The notes beneath the pieces were generated by a model. The model did not search any database. It saw nothing but the letters and a program-made list of their open reading frames with translations, and was not told where the DNA came from. From IMG/VR virus record IMGVR_UViG_3300034122_000710: a stretch of 64,000 nucleotides of DNA. The stretch is one strand, 5' to 3'. Position 1 is the stretch's first letter. The number at the start of each line of letters is the position of its first letter. A program made the translations under genes and the position numbers. This DNA comes from an uncultured virus (IMG/VR IMGVR_UViG_3300034122_000710). Its lineage: Duplodnaviria > Heunggongvirae > Uroviricota > Caudoviricetes. This document shows positions 60,138 to 64,000 of the stretch, piece by piece.

Positions 60138-61514
60138 TTATTGGGTCAAGTCCCAGAAAGCGATAGTGCCGTAGCAGTCGCCCTGCGGAGTTGCAGAATC
60201 CACCGTGCGGATGGCAAGCGTCAAGACGTCACTGGCTCCGGCCAAGGACACGCCCAACTGCAAAGCCCAGTTATAGCCCGCCGGATCAACCAGAGGCTGA
60301 GTACCGCCCGAGCCGCTTGAGGACACGTAGTCTGTCTGCACCAGGGTGCCGCCCGTTATGGCTGTGGCAGAGGTATCCATCTCCACGTTGGCGTCAGATG
60401 AGACGGCAGACCAAGAAGCGCCGGTCAGCGTTCCGTTCAAGAACAGGCCCACTTCATAGTTTTGGCTCGTGATGGGAAGCAACTGCATCCGGCCAGGGAG
60501 CACCACCGCACCAAGCGCCGTAGACGCCAGACGGATCGACACCACCGGCTTGAACGTCAGTTGGATGTTGCTGAGTCTGGTCGTGCGCCGCGCCAAATGG
60601 CTCGGAGAATATTGCTCGTAGCCGCCCTCAGAGATGACCGTCGAGCAGATGTGCTTCATGCTCGCGGTGGTGAGGTTGGACAGGTTCTTGATCTCGTAGC
60701 GCACCGGCAGAATGGCCGTGGTCATGTAGACCGAACTGATGTCGTTGGCGTTGTTGAACGTGTGGCAGACGATGTACTGGCCATTGATCACGAACCCAGT
60801 ACGCACCGAGCCCACGCCCAACCACTCGAAGTCACACCAGAAAATCTGCGTCTTTGATACGTCAAGCGTGTAGCCTGATGCCCCGGTACCGTTTAACTTG
60901 TCCCCGTTCCAGTCGGCTTGGTTGACGGTGCGGATATCGCTCGGCGTTCCCGGCGTGGGCAGAGAGTCAGAGCGCATGACCATCGACAGCGTGGTGCCGT
61001 TGGCCTGGAAGAACACGCCGTTCTGGGTGTTGAAGTACCCCACACGCTGCCGGATGTTGGCCGTGGGCGTGTTCATGGCGAAGGTGGCAAGCACCAACAG
61101 GCCCTTGCCCGGTTGGTAGGACATGGAGCGGAACGTCTGCCGCACTGCCTCGGAGTTGGTGGTGCTGTCCACCGACATCAGCACAGAGGACTCGTTGCTC
61201 AGGAATGTGGTGGATGCGCCGTTGACCGTGCTTGTGTCGAACTGATTGTCTGCAGCGTAACGTTGCTGAGAGTCAAAGAGCGTGTAGGGCTGACTGACCC
61301 GCACCCGCCCAAAGGCGTCTACGTTGGTGCCGCCGATTGAGACTGGGATGGGTGAGGTTGTAGCCACGATCTTGTTCAGCAGTGCGTTAAGGCGGTTGAA
61401 GTACAGACGCAGGACGTTGTTGAACTGCTCGTGGTACCGCGACTCGTACGCCGTTGGGGCCAGAGGTAGGTTTGGCGGCGCAGGTACGGTTGCATCTTCG
61501 ATGAGAAATGTCAT
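60138..61514 (-). CDS. Tail/virion structural protein
   Basis: PNLPLAP..Y......NNVLRLYFN N-terminus; DAFGR.RVS.P.TLFD, YQPGK, EWLGVGSVR.GF. Confidence 0.75.
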   Translation of the reverse strand: MTFLIEDATVPAPPNLPLAPTAYESRYHEQFNNVLRLYFNRLNALLNKIVATTSPIPVSIGGTNVDAFGRVRVSQPYTLFDSQQRYAADNQFDTSTVNGASTTFLSNESSVLMSVDSTTNSEAVRQTFRSMSYQPGKGLLVLATFAMNTPTANIRQRVGYFNTQNGVFFQANGTTLSMVMRSDSLPTPGTPSDIRTVNQADWNGDKLNGTGASGYTLDVSKTQIFWCDFEWLGVGSVRTGFVINGQYIVCHTFNNANDISSVYMTTAILPVRYEIKNLSNLTTASMKHICSTVISEGGYEQYSPSHLARRTTRLSNIQLTFKPVVSIRLASTALGAVVLPGRMQLLPITSQNYEVGLFLNGTLTGASWSAVSSDANVEMDTSATAITGGTLVQTDYVSSSGSGGTQPLVDPAGYNWALQLGVSLAGASDVLTLAIRTVDSATPQGDCYGTIAFWDLTQ

Positions 61515-61516
61515 GG

Positions 61517-63352
61517 TCAGCGCCTGCCGTCAGGACGAATATCGATTCGAGGCGCGCCCAACTGCCACGCTGTGTCGAGTTGGTTTGAGTTGATCTTGAA
61601 AATCATCTGGCGCCCGCGCACACGGGTGTAAATCTGCCCGGTGAACTCTTCGGTGATGTTGTATGTGGTGCCCTTGACGACGTTTTGACCTGCGTTATCA
61701 ACACTACCTGAGCCCGAGTTGTACAGCCCGTACAGCGTCATGGTGACGGTGGGCGTGTTGGCCGTTGAGTTGCTGAAAGTCAGGTCAGGCAGTATGCGCC
61801 AGACAAACCCGAAGTTGTGGCCATCACCGATGTCGAACTCCGACGAAGAGATGTTGGCTGCGATTGGGATAGCCGTACCCGTTTCGTTGTCGTTCAGGCC
61901 GTTCTCGTGGTTAACAAGGTTGTTGCTGTAGGTCGCCGCAAACGGATAGTCGCGCAAGCCGGAGTCAAGCCACGCCGTGCGTCCTAGCGTGCCGTAGTAC
62001 CAAATCTTCTCGACGTAGTTGTAGATGACGTAGCGGTCTACGCGGGCATCGTTTGAATTTGCTGAACAGTAGAACCACCAGACTTCATTGAAGCCTTCGT
62101 TTGTCCCTGCAAAAACTTGTGCCGACTGCAACGGGTTGAAGTCTTGGAAGATGTAGCGCCGCAGATCACAGTTGAGCGTTTGCACTCGACCGTCGTAGGC
62201 GTAGAACTTATCCACACCCATCCAGTACACAACGCCAGACGCAATCGCAACAGCGTTCGGCCCCACGATGGAAATGTTGTCACCCAGAAGCTGACTGCCC
62301 CAGACAACCGGCGGCTCCAAATACTGCAACGAGTAAATGGACGAGTCCGTGAACGCCACGATTTCCTGCCGCGCCTGGATAACCGTTACGATCTCAGACC
62401 CGTGAGACAGGCGAATGCTACCGGCTTGGTTGGTGGCCGCAGGCGTCCAGTTGGTGGCGTCTTCTTGTGCCGACCACCGGATCAGCATCGGATCAAGCGT
62501 TGAGGAGCCGTAGTCGTTGCAGCCGAATGCAAACACAAAGCGGTTGGTATCGGACACAAACAGCGTGTTCTGCACCGTGGGGACATCGGACGAACCGACA
62601 GCGGTTGCCAAGTTGTAGCCGCGCACACCCAGGCCCGTCGTGGCATCCCAGTAGTACACACCGCCGCCGCGTGGACCAAAGATCAGGTCTTCCCCCCAGT
62701 TGCTCTGGCTCCAGAGTCGGATAGACGTATTAGACGTACCACCAACACCCCACGCTCCCTCACTCCAACCACCGGCACCCCATCCGTTAAGTGGTACAAC
62801 TACAGCAGGACCGGTATTGATCTGGTATGCAGCCGAGACTGCCGAGCCGCCCGTGGTGCCCGCCGCTACAACAGAAGCCGTGGTGATGCTGTAGGAGTTT
62901 GCGTCGATATAGGTGATCTGGTACTCGGCGTTGAGCAACGTAGCGTAGGTGCCCGTCACACCGCTGAAAGTCACGAAGTCGTTGTTATTTGCGCCATGAG
63001 CAGGCGCGTTGACCACCACCGTAGTGGTGCCGTTTCCGGTAAATGGGTTGGCAGGCAGTGTTGTGGTAGCGCGAATCGGGGTGACGTCGTTATACGCGCC
63101 GCCCCGCTCAATATAGAACTTCAGGTTGGTGCCAACGCCAACAAGGTTCAGGTTACCAAGCGTCACCCAGTTCCACAAAGAGCGGCACAAGCCAAGAAAA
63201 GTGCTAGAAGAAATGCGCTCCCACCCACCAATGATCTCGGGATTGCCTTGGCGAAAGCGCACCTTGTCGCACTCATACCAACCGCCCTCAGTCGTGTACC
63301 GCGTGTTCTCGCGGTTCACTCCGGGCTTGAACAGGATTTTCTGGAGTGGCAT
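61517..63352 (-). CDS. Tail tubular protein B / nozzle-like protein
   Basis: FKPGVNRE.T.Y..EGGW...DKVRF.G.PE.IGGW; IRWS.QE; beta-propeller character; IR.DGRR end. Confidence 0.75.
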   Translation of the reverse strand: MPLQKILFKPGVNRENTRYTTEGGWYECDKVRFRQGNPEIIGGWERISSSTFLGLCRSLWNWVTLGNLNLVGVGTNLKFYIERGGAYNDVTPIRATTTLPANPFTGNGTTTVVVNAPAHGANNNDFVTFSGVTGTYATLLNAEYQITYIDANSYSITTASVVAAGTTGGSAVSAAYQINTGPAVVVPLNGWGAGGWSEGAWGVGGTSNTSIRLWSQSNWGEDLIFGPRGGGVYYWDATTGLGVRGYNLATAVGSSDVPTVQNTLFVSDTNRFVFAFGCNDYGSSTLDPMLIRWSAQEDATNWTPAATNQAGSIRLSHGSEIVTVIQARQEIVAFTDSSIYSLQYLEPPVVWGSQLLGDNISIVGPNAVAIASGVVYWMGVDKFYAYDGRVQTLNCDLRRYIFQDFNPLQSAQVFAGTNEGFNEVWWFYCSANSNDARVDRYVIYNYVEKIWYYGTLGRTAWLDSGLRDYPFAATYSNNLVNHENGLNDNETGTAIPIAANISSSEFDIGDGHNFGFVWRILPDLTFSNSTANTPTVTMTLYGLYNSGSGSVDNAGQNVVKGTTYNITEEFTGQIYTRVRGRQMIFKINSNQLDTAWQLGAPRIDIRPDGRR

Positions 63353-63367
63353 AACCGTATTCTCGTG

Positions 63368-63871
63368 TCAAGACAAGAAAAGGGCAATCTCTGCTTCACG
63401 GCGTTTTACCAGACCCGGCAGGACTTTGCCGCCGCCCATCGTCCACTGGCGGAAGGCGTCTGCCGCCCCGTTCCAGTCGTCCCGGTTGGCCCGCATCCTG
63501 ATCTGACTGCGCTGAAGGTTGCCTAGCCCTGCATTAAAGGCAAAACTGACCAGAGCGTCAAAGCTGCCTTGACGGCCAGATACGCCGGGAACAAGTCGAA
63601 GAACACCGCGTTCAAAAGTCCCGACATCATCACGGAATAGTTCGTCGATCTCCGTCTTAGTCCAGACACGGCTGTCCTCCGGCTTCAGCGGGAACTCAGA
63701 GCGGAGCATCCCGGTATACCCTTCTTTGCGGATAACCGGGAGCCTGATCTGCTCTTGGTATAGGACATGGCCGTAGCCAATCGTCCAGATGTGGGCAGGG
63801 CAAAGGTAGGGTTTACTCCTAAACCCCTCATACTTGTGCATGAGGTCTTCGCCCGCCTTGCTCAGTTTCAC
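63368..63871 (-). CDS. Endolysin, GH24-type phage lysozyme
   Basis: EG.R..PY.C.A..WTIGYGH, FDALVSFAFN.G, GG.VLPGLV.RR.AE. Confidence 0.9.
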   Translation of the reverse strand: MKLSKAGEDLMHKYEGFRSKPYLCPAHIWTIGYGHVLYQEQIRLPVIRKEGYTGMLRSEFPLKPEDSRVWTKTEIDELFRDDVGTFERGVLRLVPGVSGRQGSFDALVSFAFNAGLGNLQRSQIRMRANRDDWNGAADAFRQWTMGGGKVLPGLVKRREAEIALFLS

Positions 63872-64000
63872 TTCTTACTCCACTGGCGAGAACCGAACCA
63901 GTAGCCGATGATGCCCCCGAGGATCGCCATCTCGTCGGCAGAGAAGATCAGGTCCGAATACTTGATGATGTCGTCCATGCTCTGAATCAGATTCGGGTGG
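63616..64000. repeat. Terminal/circular redundancy, copy 2
   Basis: Matches 1-385; divergent after 63954. Confidence 0.95.
63868..64000 (-). CDS. 3' end of a variant allele of the holin-like gene (truncated by window edge)
   Basis: Reads HPNLIQSMDDIIKYSDLIF versus HPTLIQSMDDIILYSDLIF in copy 1. Confidence 0.85.
   Translation of the reverse strand, partial: HPNLIQSMDDIIKYSDLIFSADEMAILGGIIGYWFGSRQWSKK

Noticed and set aside
1..64000. Prophage, alternative genetic code, tRNA genes or introns/inteins
   Set aside because: No host genes, integrase or att context; long genes are intact in the standard code; no cloverleaf seen; terL, polymerase and helicases look uninterrupted.

Overview
The window holds one complete, circularly permuted tailed-phage genome of about 63.6 kb. 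Bases 1-339 recur identically at 63616-63954, giving a unit length of 63,615 bp; the second copy then diverges. The architecture is podovirus-like: a Mu-gpT-type major capsid protein, large ejection/internal proteins, and no tail sheath or tape-measure module. It has two divergent arms. The minus-strand late arm runs from ~25200 down to 1, wraps to 64000 and continues down to 45124; it encodes terminase, portal, GroES-like protein, scaffold, capsid, small basic proteins, tail/fibre/receptor-binding modules, lysis genes and ejection proteins. The plus-strand early/replication arm (25657-45170) encodes many small hypothetical proteins, GP88-like, DUF932-like and VRR-NUC proteins, family A DNA polymerase, a PD-(D/E)XK nuclease, an HNH protein, an SNF2 helicase, an SSB-like protein and a primase-helicase. 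No integrase, RNA polymerase, tRNA or CRISPR array was recognised. Main observations: (1) three unrelated receptor-binding payloads share one gap-free 29-aa N-terminal peptide, suggesting a plug-and-socket adhesin system; (2) a ~130-nt intergenic element can fold into a three-way junction plus pseudoknots; (3) the early arm has a layered cis-regulatory code of a 20-22-bp palindrome (x4), a TGTCYA-N4-TRGACA box over -10 elements (x4), a start-associated 10-mer AGGAGAAAGC (x13) and covarying leader hairpins; (4) an IHF-site-containing 32-bp inverted repeat brackets an AT-rich microsatellite core (candidate origin); (5) a [MFYL]xxGG motif recurs across putative internal virion proteins. All family names come from motif recognition by eye; no database searches were run.
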